From positions 157,907 to 221,906 of the forward strand of contig CAZOGI010000001.1 of the NCBI GenBank assembly GCA_964579435.1: a DNA stretch of 64,000 nt, written 5' to 3'. The position numbers were made by a program, and so were the translations under genes. Below, one piece after another: positions 1 through 8,818 of the stretch (positions are counted from its first letter, which is position 1; each line of letters starts with the position of its first letter). The notes beneath the pieces were generated by a model. It made no database searches. It worked only from the letters and a program-made list of their open reading frames with translations, and was not told the origin of the DNA. The DNA is from an uncultured Planctomycetales bacterium (GTDB lineage: Bacteria; Omnitrophota; Gorgyraeia; Gygaellales; Profunditerraquicolaceae).

Positions 1-480
1 ATAGGGAATAAAGCGTTTGCAGTCAAACGACACCAGCCCCGAGAACTGCCAGTCATCGAGAACCGCTTTGTGCTTGACGACGCCGACATCGATCGAGTGC
101 GGATGGATACTGATGTGCTGAAAGCCGACGGTTGCTTTCAGGCGTTCGCCGGAAAAAGCGGCGTAGCGGAATCCGTAGCCTCCCCCCATATACGTCGGAT
201 AATCCAGTTCGTCCGCCGCCCCGGGGTGCTGCTTGATATATCCCGCCCCGCCCTTGAGGTCGACGCTGAATCGCTGCGTCAATCCGTACGAAAGCAGGAA
301 AAAATCCTGCCACGAGCGCAACTCGCCGGCAGAATGCTCCTGATAGCGGTTCAGGAGCGCATAGCTCTGCAGGCCGATCACGACCTGCCGCTTTTGCGGC
401 TGCGTCGGCCCCATGCAGGGCGCTGCCGTGGCAACCGCGGCCCAGGCCGTCAGAAGAAACCCGATCAGAAAAACCCTCAT
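1..480 (-). CDS. secreted/outer-membrane hypothetical protein, N-terminal part only (gene runs off the window start)
   Basis: Reverse-strand ATG at 480..478 gives MRVFLIGFLLTAWAAVATAAPC (signal peptide), then a Gly/Tyr-rich beta-strand-like sequence open to position 1. The ATG overlaps the TGA of the upstream nth-like gene (ATGA junction). Not in the ORF track because it has no stop inside the window. Confidence 0.45.
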   Translation of the reverse strand, partial: MRVFLIGFLLTAWAAVATAAPCMGPTQPQKRQVVIGLQSYALLNRYQEHSAGELRSWQDFFLLSYGLTQRFSVDLKGGAGYIKQHPGAADELDYPTYMGGGYGFRYAAFSGERLKATVGFQHISIHPHSIDVGVVKHKAVLDDWQFSGLVSFDCKRFIPY

Positions 481-1145
481 TGTCGCTTTCCTGCAGGAAA
501 CCCCCGCAGCGGACACTCCCCGCAGCGCGGATGCTGTTTATGGCAGTATTCTTTCGCGACCCTGACGAACAACGCGTGGTATTCGTTAAATAATTGTACC
601 TCTTTTTTCAGGTTTTTCATGAAAAATTTTTGCGCCTCCTCGTAGGAGACATCCTCCGGCAGCAGACGGTGACGCGCCAGAACGCGTTTCGTGTAGGCAT
701 CGACCACGAAAACCGGGCGGGCGAAGGCATAGAGAAGGATAGAGTCGGCGGTTTCCGGCCCCACGCCGTTGATCCGCAGCAACTCCTCCCGCAACTGCTC
801 CTGCGGCACCTGACGCAGTCGCGTCAGCCGGCCGCCGCAACGCCGCATCAGCCAGCCGAGTGTATTGCGCAGCCGTTGCGCCTTGAGCCGGTAATATCCC
901 GCGGGCCGGATCAACCGCTGCAATCTGCCGGTGCGTATGGATAAAACCCCCCGGAGAGAGAGTGCACGCGCCGCCCTGAGGTTACGGATCGCGCGCTCGA
1001 CGCTACCCCAGTTGGTGTTCTGGGTCAACACCGCTCCGACAATGACTTCGCAGGGGGTGCGCGCCGGCCACCACCCCTGCGGACCAAAATGCCGATAGAG
1101 CAGGCGAAAAAGGGAGCGCACCAGAACCTGTTCCGTGGCCGACAT
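477..1145 (-). CDS. HhH-GPD superfamily base-excision DNA glycosylase (endonuclease III-like)
   Basis: Helix-hairpin-helix motif LLRINGVGPETADSIL, catalytic Asp in VVDAYTKRV, and a C-terminal CHKQHPRCGEC cysteine loop. Likely start is MSATEQ at 1145 (internal ATG), 5 nt after the stop of the upstream gene. Confidence 0.6.
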   Translation of the reverse strand: MSATEQVLVRSLFRLLYRHFGPQGWWPARTPCEVIVGAVLTQNTNWGSVERAIRNLRAARALSLRGVLSIRTGRLQRLIRPAGYYRLKAQRLRNTLGWLMRRCGGRLTRLRQVPQEQLREELLRINGVGPETADSILLYAFARPVFVVDAYTKRVLARHRLLPEDVSYEEAQKFFMKNLKKEVQLFNEYHALFVRVAKEYCHKQHPRCGECPLRGFPAGKRQ

Positions 1146-1149
1146 ACGG

Positions 1150-3111
1150 TTATTCGGAGAACTGCAAGGGGTTATAGCCGTAATAGGCGAAGAGCGTGTA
1201 GGCGGTGCCGGCAACCGAACCAGTGGCTTTACCTTTGGGAGTCACCCAGCCATGGCCGGTATCAACCGACTGTTCCGAGGCATACGGCAGACAACCCTGC
1301 CCTTGTCCCGACGGAGAGGGACTGGAAATAACCATCTTTGCCAACTCATTGAGATAGGCGCTGGCCTTTTCTGCATAGAGCGCGGCCTTCGCGGCCTCGT
1401 TGCGCGAAGCAAAATAGCGCGAGAGGATCTGATACGAAACGACCATCTGGGCGGTCCATTCCGGGGAAACGATGCCGCCGCGGGCCAGGTGCCGCTGCGC
1501 CGCGAAATCAAACCCGCGCACGCGCACCGCCGCTCCCTCCGGGCGCACATAGGAAACCTCGACGCCGCACTGGGTCTCGGCGAACGCCATGATCTCCTGC
1601 GGATCCATGCCCAGCTCGCTGAGCTTTTCCGGTCCGATGCTGGCAATCGACCAGGCATAGGTATCGGTGGCCACCGTAGCATCGCCTTTGCCGCGCTGCA
1701 CCGGAACCTCGCCGCGGTCATAGGTATGCGCCTGGAGCCAGGAGAGCACCCGTTCCGCCGCCTGCTGGTATCGCTCGTGCCCGGTCATACGGCTCAGCAG
1801 ACGGTAAAAAGCGTAGGCATCCAGATTGTGCTCGGTAGCAAACCAGGAGACGTTGGGTCCGCCGCGGATACCGCCGCCGTCATCCTCCTGCTGCAACTGC
1901 AAGATGGCCGCGGCAATCTCCTGCGCCAGCGGCAGAAAGGTCTCGTCACCGGTCTGGCGGGTATACTGCAGCGCCGCGATTCCCAGCCAGATATTGGGTC
2001 CGGCATGCACGACGTATTCCGCAGGCGTCCCGTCGTTGAAATAATAGGCGTTGACGAAGCGGCCGTCGATGCGTTTTGCCCGCTGCGCGAAAAAGGCCAG
2101 GATATTCCGGGCGCGCGCCGCGTCGTTGAAGAGCAGGTACGCCTGCACCGCCAGCGCCTGGTCGTACACGAACGCCCAGCCGCCGACGGCATCGTCCCCT
2201 TCAAAACTCAAGACCAGGCCGGTGCGCGGATTCTGGTGCACCGCCAGCCACTGATACATTTTCTGGATATTGGCCTTCTCCAAGACCGCCTTACGGTGGA
2301 CCAGACGCGCTATCTGGGTGCTCGTCTGCGCCTCATTGGTCCGGACCCGCTGGAGGCGATGCTGCAGGATCGAGCGCTCCGTCAGGAGCTTGCCGATAAG
2401 CGTGTTGAGCTTGCTCAGGCGCTCTTCCTGGCGCAGGGACGAGGTACGCGCCGCCTCCAGATCGTTCAGATGTACCTCCAGCCGCTGCAACTTCTGTTGC
2501 AGATCCGCGCGCGCCGCGCTCAGGGAGTGGATCTGCTGCTCGGCCGCTGAGGTTTCCTGAGAGACTTTGACCAACTGGGAGATGAGCTGCTGGTTGCCGC
2601 TCACCAGCCGCGCGTTCCAAGCCGCGCTCAAAAGCAGACCGGCCCCCAGGAGAACGAAAATCCCGGCCACGATCGGCGCGGTCAACACGCGCGTCCAGGC
2701 AAAACGCAAAAGCATCCTGCCGTCCGCGGCATCGATCTGCTCATAGCGGACGCCGAAGAGATACCGGCCGACCCCGTCGGTATCCTGGCGCATCCAGGCC
2801 GCGGCGCCGCGGGCACTGACCAGGCGCTTGGTGAACGGAGTCTCGATCTCGAGGGAGAATTGTGCCTTCTGGGAAGCGAGCTTTTCTGCGGCGTCGGCGG
2901 AGAAACGGTTAACCGTCAGACAGATCCCGCCTTTACCTATATTGTTGGTGAAACCCTGGAACCACTCGGAGAGAAAATGTTTCCCGTCGCAGCTGACGAG
3001 CCTAAACTCAACCGGCAACACCGTATCCAGACGCAGGTATTGGCGGCGGTTCGACCGGTTGCCGGTGCCGGGCTGCCCCAAAGACTTATGGTCGCTGGCC
3101 GGGATCGTCAT
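1150..3111 (-). CDS. PilZ-domain membrane protein with coiled coil and a C-terminal (alpha/alpha)6 glycoside-hydrolase-like domain
   Basis: N-terminal RRQYLRLDTVLPVEF...GKGGICL matches the PilZ RxxxR / DxSxGG pattern. One TM helix (VLTAPIVAGIFVLLGAGLLL), a long heptad-like region, then a C-terminal domain of about 360 aa rich in W/Y/D/E typical of six-hairpin glycosidases. Confidence 0.5.
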   Translation of the reverse strand: MTIPASDHKSLGQPGTGNRSNRRQYLRLDTVLPVEFRLVSCDGKHFLSEWFQGFTNNIGKGGICLTVNRFSADAAEKLASQKAQFSLEIETPFTKRLVSARGAAAWMRQDTDGVGRYLFGVRYEQIDAADGRMLLRFAWTRVLTAPIVAGIFVLLGAGLLLSAAWNARLVSGNQQLISQLVKVSQETSAAEQQIHSLSAARADLQQKLQRLEVHLNDLEAARTSSLRQEERLSKLNTLIGKLLTERSILQHRLQRVRTNEAQTSTQIARLVHRKAVLEKANIQKMYQWLAVHQNPRTGLVLSFEGDDAVGGWAFVYDQALAVQAYLLFNDAARARNILAFFAQRAKRIDGRFVNAYYFNDGTPAEYVVHAGPNIWLGIAALQYTRQTGDETFLPLAQEIAAAILQLQQEDDGGGIRGGPNVSWFATEHNLDAYAFYRLLSRMTGHERYQQAAERVLSWLQAHTYDRGEVPVQRGKGDATVATDTYAWSIASIGPEKLSELGMDPQEIMAFAETQCGVEVSYVRPEGAAVRVRGFDFAAQRHLARGGIVSPEWTAQMVVSYQILSRYFASRNEAAKAALYAEKASAYLNELAKMVISSPSPSGQGQGCLPYASEQSVDTGHGWVTPKGKATGSVAGTAYTLFAYYGYNPLQFSE

Positions 3112-3133
3112 CGAAAGAGGCCTCGCACGGCGT

Positions 3134-5563
3134 TCATTCCTTCTGACCCTGCGATAGTTTGTTCTGCCGCAGGACTATATGTTGTTTGCACCGGTATGCC
3201 AGGCGCTGCATAAATTCCCTGAATGCCGCGTACTCCGGAAGCGGAACCGTTGATTTCTTACGCACCAGCTCCTGCCTAAAAAATATTGTATTCTTTTTCT
3301 GGCGGTATGCAACCGTAAAAGACAGCCAGGGACTGTCTTCAAAGAAACTCTCCGGAAGCGAAAGGACGCTCAGGCTTGCAGGCAATTCGATCTGGAACTC
3401 ATTCTCCTTGGCTTCCAGGCATTCAAATTCAAGCGGATAGCTGCGCCTGGCCAGGGCGACCGCTGACACATCCAGGGAGGGAAGCTGCGGGATGATGCGC
3501 AGCGATCCGGCGCGCGCGAAATACTCCGGCCCGCGGAAAGAGTACCGCAGCAACGGCGTCTCTCCCAGCCCGGCGGCGTTCCTGGTCTCGTACCGGGACA
3601 GCTGCGCCCCGATAGAAAAATCCTGTATCCTGCCGGCCAGCTCCTGCTCGATGAGCTCCGGGGGCGTGAAGAGGAACCAGTGGCGCATGGCCTGCGCGTT
3701 CAGCCCGTAGGAAAGAACCGTCCGCTCCGCCAAAACCGATTCAGCATCAGCCTGTACCCACAGCTTCAGATCCTGCTTAAGCAGATTGTGGGCGGCCGCA
3801 AACGCCGGCGTCCGCAGGATCCGGTAGCCGTCGGGGCCGCAGAGCAGCACCGTGCGGTCCTGGTCGCCCAGCGGCAGATCCCCGAACGAGCAGGTCTGTG
3901 CCGTCGGATCGAGAAAAACCGTCTCCCCGTCGATCTCGGTGGCGGCGATACAATGGTTAAAGAGCACCGTCGAGAAATCGGCGCGCATGTCGGGCAGCTC
4001 CTTTGTCGGGATAAGCACCGGCCATCCCGGCAGCCCGGCGGCGCGCAGCATCGTCACCAAGAGAACCGCCTGATCTTTACAGTCGCCGTACTTGTTGCGG
4101 AAGATATCGGCGGCGGCGTGCGGCTCATACCCGGCCTCGCCGTATTCGACCGCGACATAGCGGATCTCCTGCGCACAATACTCGTAGAGCGCCTCTGCGC
4201 GTTCCCGCGGCGAACGCGCAGAACGCAGGAGCTCCCCGATTTTAGCCTGGATCGCCTCGTCCGCCCGGATCTTATCCTTCGCCAGATTCCACCACCACTC
4301 GTACACCTCCTGCCAGTCGTCAAACGTCGACAACAACACCGTCGGATTGATCCGGGCCTCCTCGGGCATGAGCGGCTCGGGAATGATCTGGGGGATATCC
4401 GCCATCACCCACTCATAGGCCGGCCCCCGCGCGGTCTCGGTTACGACCGGCTGCATCTTTACCCCGAAAGAGTTGTATTCCTCGTTGAGCAGGAGCGAAG
4501 AGAGCCTGCGTCCCGGAGGCAGGCTGACCTGAAGCGCCGCGCGCATGATCGGCTCACCCGACTGCACCGGATAGCGCAGCACAAAATCCTTGCCGTTGAT
4601 GAGCTCGTGCGAGACGATACGCGCCCGGTACTCGACGACCGAACCGACCGCCACTTCGGGGAAAGAGATGATGAGAACGCGCGCGTTGCTGTAGAGGGGG
4701 AAATTCAGGTACTTCGAAACGTCCCGCAGGTGCCTCGTCCCGACGTCGACGACCGTCCCGTCGGGCTTGATCGTGCGGGCATACTCCAGCTCTATCTTTT
4801 CGTACGTCGAATCGTACTCGAGGGGCAGCTCCGAGAATGCCTCTTTGCCGCGCTCGTTGAGGATCTTAATGACGTAATGCAGGCTCGTCTCCTGGCCGTT
4901 GCCGGGGCCGACGCTTAAACGTTCGTCACAGAGCAGGATGAGGGCGCCCGCCTGCGGGTACCGCTCTTTCCCCGGGGCTGCGGCGATCAAGGCGCTGATC
5001 TCGGGAGCGGCATCTCTGATATGAACCAGTCCCATTTGGCGTTCGATCGCGCCGATGCGCTCGGCGGCCCGGCCGGCAAATGCGGGTTGGGTGATCAAAC
5101 GGTAGTGCTGCAACGCCTGATCAAAGAGGTTCAGTTTCTCGGCGGTGAGGGCGCGGAAATATCGCATTTCTTCGTCAACGGGATCGTGCGTGCGCAACAC
5201 CTCCAGGGCATCGGTATACTGCCCGAGCCGATACAGCGTTATCCCCAGGTATTTGCGTGCCTCGGGCAGTGCGCTTTGACGCAGATGCTCCAGGGCTTTC
5301 TCGAACTCCGCGTGATCGAAATAGAGCCTCCCCAGCGCCGCATGCGTGCGGTCGGTATCGATGCCGCGGAGCAAACCTTCCTGATAGCCTGCAACCGCTT
5401 GACGGTAATAGGACGCCGAAACCTCCGCCAAACGAGCGGGAGAAGCGAGTCGTTCCTGACGGCAGCCGCCGGCGCAGCAGAAAAATGCCCCCAGCAGGAA
5501 CGCGCTCCCCAGAAGAACGCCCCGCTTTTTTCCCCCGAAGCGATTACGTAACGCGGTATTCAT
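3134..5563 (-). CDS. lipoprotein with TPR repeats, DUF3857 and a transglutaminase-like cysteine-protease domain
   Basis: Real start is probably MNTALRN at 5563 (lipobox ...FFCCAGGC). TPR-like repeats follow, then a DUF3857-like region and a transglutaminase core (YGDCKDQAVLLVTMLRAAGLP). Confidence 0.6.
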   Translation of the reverse strand: MNTALRNRFGGKKRGVLLGSAFLLGAFFCCAGGCRQERLASPARLAEVSASYYRQAVAGYQEGLLRGIDTDRTHAALGRLYFDHAEFEKALEHLRQSALPEARKYLGITLYRLGQYTDALEVLRTHDPVDEEMRYFRALTAEKLNLFDQALQHYRLITQPAFAGRAAERIGAIERQMGLVHIRDAAPEISALIAAAPGKERYPQAGALILLCDERLSVGPGNGQETSLHYVIKILNERGKEAFSELPLEYDSTYEKIELEYARTIKPDGTVVDVGTRHLRDVSKYLNFPLYSNARVLIISFPEVAVGSVVEYRARIVSHELINGKDFVLRYPVQSGEPIMRAALQVSLPPGRRLSSLLLNEEYNSFGVKMQPVVTETARGPAYEWVMADIPQIIPEPLMPEEARINPTVLLSTFDDWQEVYEWWWNLAKDKIRADEAIQAKIGELLRSARSPRERAEALYEYCAQEIRYVAVEYGEAGYEPHAAADIFRNKYGDCKDQAVLLVTMLRAAGLPGWPVLIPTKELPDMRADFSTVLFNHCIAATEIDGETVFLDPTAQTCSFGDLPLGDQDRTVLLCGPDGYRILRTPAFAAAHNLLKQDLKLWVQADAESVLAERTVLSYGLNAQAMRHWFLFTPPELIEQELAGRIQDFSIGAQLSRYETRNAAGLGETPLLRYSFRGPEYFARAGSLRIIPQLPSLDVSAVALARRSYPLEFECLEAKENEFQIELPASLSVLSLPESFFEDSPWLSFTVAYRQKKNTIFFRQELVRKKSTVPLPEYAAFREFMQRLAYRCKQHIVLRQNKLSQGQKE

Positions 5564-6638
5564 AGGAAATGGCACAACTCCCTTCCCGGGAGACCATACA
5601 CGGCCCCAGCGGAGACTGCGGCCTACAGCGGCGCGCGAACAACGGGCAGCGCGGCGGATCGAGCTTTCCCCGCAACACCGCAGCACAGCGACAGCCTTCC
5701 CGGGGAGAAACCGGCTGCCTCTGCCTCCGCAGCGCAACGGCATGCCGGGCATCAAAATGAGCGAATTGCGCCCGGAAAGAGAATCCGCTTTCCGCGATAG
5801 AGCCGAACCCGCGCCAGACCGCAGCTTTCGGTTCGAAGACGCGATCCAGGATGCGCTGGGCATGCACATTACCCTGTGGCCGCACGACCCGGCTATATCC
5901 ATTCTCGACCCGCGCGATGCCGCGGCGCAACTGCCGCAACAGCGTCAAGATCCCGCAGAGCATATCCGCAGGCTCAAACCCGGCCACACAACAGCCGATG
6001 CCGTACGTCCGGGCAAACGGCTCATACGCGCGCGTCCCGATAATAACCGACACATGCCCGGGACAGAGGATGCCGCTGATATCGACACCCTTGCCGCGCG
6101 CCAGGAACGAGAGGACCGGCGGGATACGCTTGAGCGCGTTGAGAAAAAAAAGGTTCCCGACCTTCTGGCGGCTGGCCTGCAAAACCGCCAGCGCCACTGC
6201 CGGGGCAGTTGTTTCGAATCCGACACCCAAAAAGACAATCTTTTGTCGCGGATTCTCCCGCGCCAGGGAGAGAGCCTCCAGCGGCGAATAGACCGTGCGA
6301 ATCCGGGCACCGGCTGCACGCGCCGCGGCAAGACTGCCAAAACTGCCCGGGACCAGCAGCATGTCCGCGAAGGTCGCCACCTGAACCCCGGGCGAGCGGG
6401 CATAGGCGATCGCCGTATCGATATAGCGTTGGTCGCTGACGCAGATCGGACAGCCGGGACCGGAGACCAGGCGGACCGTCTTCGGCAGATACCGGTTCAG
6501 GCCGAAGCGGTGGAAGGCGCGGGTATGCGTCCCGCAGACCTCCATCAGGACCGCCGGTTCCCGCGGCGCAAAGCGCTGCAGAAGCCCTCCGAGCCGTTCC
6601 AGATGCCGCGGGGAGCGGAACTCGTCAACAAATCTCAC
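5544..6638 (-). CDS. hypD: hydrogenase maturation factor HypD
   Basis: MRFVDEFR start, MEVCGTHT and GPGCPICV motifs, C-terminal Cys motif. Confidence 0.85.
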   Translation of the reverse strand: MRFVDEFRSPRHLERLGGLLQRFAPREPAVLMEVCGTHTRAFHRFGLNRYLPKTVRLVSGPGCPICVSDQRYIDTAIAYARSPGVQVATFADMLLVPGSFGSLAAARAAGARIRTVYSPLEALSLARENPRQKIVFLGVGFETTAPAVALAVLQASRQKVGNLFFLNALKRIPPVLSFLARGKGVDISGILCPGHVSVIIGTRAYEPFARTYGIGCCVAGFEPADMLCGILTLLRQLRRGIARVENGYSRVVRPQGNVHAQRILDRVFEPKAAVWRGFGSIAESGFSFRAQFAHFDARHAVALRRQRQPVSPREGCRCAAVLRGKLDPPRCPLFARRCRPQSPLGPCMVSREGSCAISYEYRVT

Positions 6639-6834
6639 GTAACACCCTCAGGGTCTCGGCGGCCCGCCGGGGATCGATCTTCTCGATGGCGAAACCGGCA
6701 TGGACCAGAACATACTCCCCGACCGCGACGCCCGGGACCATGGCGATGTTTATCCGTCGCTGCAGCCGCCCGGCAGCGACCGTGGCAAACGAGCCCTCTT
6801 TACTGACGATCTTCAACGGAACGGCAAGGCACAT
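6625..6834 (-). CDS. hypC: hydrogenase assembly chaperone HypC/HupF
   Basis: MCLAVP N-terminus, about 69 aa, overlaps the hypD start. Confidence 0.85.
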   Translation of the reverse strand: MCLAVPLKIVSKEGSFATVAAGRLQRRINIAMVPGVAVGEYVLVHAGFAIEKIDPRRAAETLRVLREIC

Positions 6835-6837
6835 ATC

Positions 6838-7983
6838 TTAACCCTGGAAAGAAGAAAACCGGCTCTTCGGTGAACAGGAAGCGATGACCGCCTGCCCGAG
6901 GGAGACCGACGCGTCCCCCGCGGGAAGCCGGCGATGCACCCGCACGCAAAACCCCGCTTTATATAGTAACGCACCCAGGTGCTCCCGCACAAGGGTATTG
7001 TGCATGACCCCGCCCGCAGCCACCACCGTGTTGATTCCCGTTCTGGCGCGCAGGCGCACGCATACCGCCGCAGCAAGGTGCGCCACGGAATAGTGCAGCG
7101 CGGCCGCAATATCCGCGCGGCTTTGTTTGGCCTTCAGGTCAACGACGATCCCGCGCACGATCCCACCGAGGGCAACCTCCAGGCATCCTGCACGTTCCCG
7201 CAGGCGGTACGGATACAGCCGCGGCGGGTTCCGGCTGCGGCGGGCCAGCGCTTCGAGTGCCCGCGGCAGCTGCGCCTCGGCGCACGAATCCCGGCAACAC
7301 AGGATGATGCTCGCCGCGGCATCAAAAAGACGCCCGGCGCTGCTGGAGAGCGGCGACGCAAATCCGCTGGCAGCCAGCGCCAGAACCGCCCGTGCTTTTT
7401 TGCGGGGAAGGCCTTTTAAAAAACTCAAGCCCTGCCGCCACAGACGCTCGCCGTAGAGACGCTGCAGCCATACCAAAGCCACCCGCCACGGCTCCCGGAT
7501 CGCCGCTTCTCCTCCGGGCAGAACAACAGTCTCAAGGTGCCCGGCGCGGATATAGCTGCGGTAATCGCAGATCAAAAACTCTCCTCCCCACAGCGTGCCG
7601 TCGCTGCCGTACCCGGTGCCGTCAAAAGCGATGCCGATCACCCGGCGGTTAGGCAGGCCGCTTTCGGCCATAGCCGCAGCGATATGCGCGTGGTGATGCT
7701 GGACGCGGACCAGGGCCACCCGGCGCCGGGCCGCCACCTCCTGCGCGTACCGGGACACGCTATAGCCTGGATGCAAATCCGCCGCCAGAACGTGCGGCCC
7801 CCTCTGCATCCACCGACGGACCGCTTCCCTGAAGCGCACGCGCTGGCGATACTCGCTGCAGTCGCCGTGGAGACGCGAGAAAGAGGCGGACCGGCCGGAG
7901 GCGAAACAGAGGGTATTTTTCGTTTCGGTGCCGAAGGCCAAAACCGGGGTCGGAACCGGGAAAGGCAGCGCAAGCCTATGCAT
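6838..7983 (-). CDS. HypF-like carbamoyltransferase, C-terminal Kae1/TsaD-like domain only
   Basis: Motifs VQHHHAHIAAAMAE, GIAFDGTGYGSDGTLWGGEFL and EPWR match the HypF C-terminal domain. No acylphosphatase, Zn-finger or YrdC domains are present. ATG at 7983 overlaps the upstream gene's stop by 8 nt. Confidence 0.7.
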   Translation of the reverse strand: MHRLALPFPVPTPVLAFGTETKNTLCFASGRSASFSRLHGDCSEYRQRVRFREAVRRWMQRGPHVLAADLHPGYSVSRYAQEVAARRRVALVRVQHHHAHIAAAMAESGLPNRRVIGIAFDGTGYGSDGTLWGGEFLICDYRSYIRAGHLETVVLPGGEAAIREPWRVALVWLQRLYGERLWRQGLSFLKGLPRKKARAVLALAASGFASPLSSSAGRLFDAAASIILCCRDSCAEAQLPRALEALARRSRNPPRLYPYRLRERAGCLEVALGGIVRGIVVDLKAKQSRADIAAALHYSVAHLAAAVCVRLRARTGINTVVAAGGVMHNTLVREHLGALLYKAGFCVRVHRRLPAGDASVSLGQAVIASCSPKSRFSSFQG

Positions 7984-8818
7984 CGTTTCCCTCCGCAGCC
8001 ACCAGCTCCAACGAAACGATCGCATCGACCCGGAACGTCCGCTCGGCACCGCGCAGCAGGCAATGCCCGCGCACGTACGAAACGCCGTTTTCCTTGAGGA
8101 TCTGCTGCGGCACGATCAAACGTTGGCTGAGCGGGCCGCCGCTTTTCGCCAAGTAGCGAATCGCAAGGCGCGCCCCGTCGTCGATCGCCTCCTGGATGCG
8201 CGAGATCTTTTCCTGTTCGCGGGCAGCCAAAGCGCTGTGGGGAAGCGCACAAAGATCCAGGAACGTATCGGTATCCCTGATGCCTTTTGCCTGCAGCAGA
8301 CCAAGCAGGGCCAGAAAAACACGCGCGGTCAACTCCACATCCGCTCCGGCGCGGTGCGCCTGAGGAATGCCCAGGCCCAGCGCCTGCGCCACCGCCTGCA
8401 GCGAATAGCGCTCCTGTCCCGGCAAGAGCCGGCGCGCCAGCCGCAGGATATCCGCCACTATCATCTCTGCCGGTTCCGCCAACCCTGCCGCTGCAAGCTC
8501 GGCGCGCAAAAACGCCAGGTCAAAACGGGCGTTGTAGGCGCAGACGCAGCTGCCCTGGATAAAGCGCAGAAACTCCGGCAGCACCGCGCGGCAGACGGGC
8601 TTGCCCGCCAGCATTGCGTCGCTGATATGGTTGACCGCGAAGGCGGCCGGCGACACCGGGCGTTGCGGATCGATGAGTGTTTCAAAAACCGCCTCGGTCA
8701 CGTCCCCGCGCAGACGCAGTGCCGCCAACTCGACGATACGGTCTCCCGTCTCCGGATTCAGTCCGGTCGTCTCGGTATCGAATATGGTAAAAACGGTACG
8801 GTCAAGCGCCTGTCCCAT
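7976..8818 (-). CDS. DEDDh 3'-5' exonuclease (DnaQ-like) fused to a C-terminal WYL-like domain
   Basis: Exo I FDTETTGL, Exo III HRAGADVELT. C-terminus RLAIRYLAKSGG...RLIVPQQILKENGVSYVRGHCLLRGAERTFRVDAIVSLE resembles the WYL ligand-binding domain pattern. Confidence 0.6.
   Translation of the reverse strand: MGQALDRTVFTIFDTETTGLNPETGDRIVELAALRLRGDVTEAVFETLIDPQRPVSPAAFAVNHISDAMLAGKPVCRAVLPEFLRFIQGSCVCAYNARFDLAFLRAELAAAGLAEPAEMIVADILRLARRLLPGQERYSLQAVAQALGLGIPQAHRAGADVELTARVFLALLGLLQAKGIRDTDTFLDLCALPHSALAAREQEKISRIQEAIDDGARLAIRYLAKSGGPLSQRLIVPQQILKENGVSYVRGHCLLRGAERTFRVDAIVSLELVAAEGNDA

Noticed and set aside
3134-5902. Long N-terminal extensions in track ORFs (for example 3134..5902, 12097..12855, 21596..23551, 25825..26580, 16012..17004)
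   Set aside because: The extensions are Arg/Pro/Gly-rich translations of GC-rich sequence and overlap upstream genes. Internal ATGs that give signal peptides, conserved N-termini or ATGA couplings were used instead.
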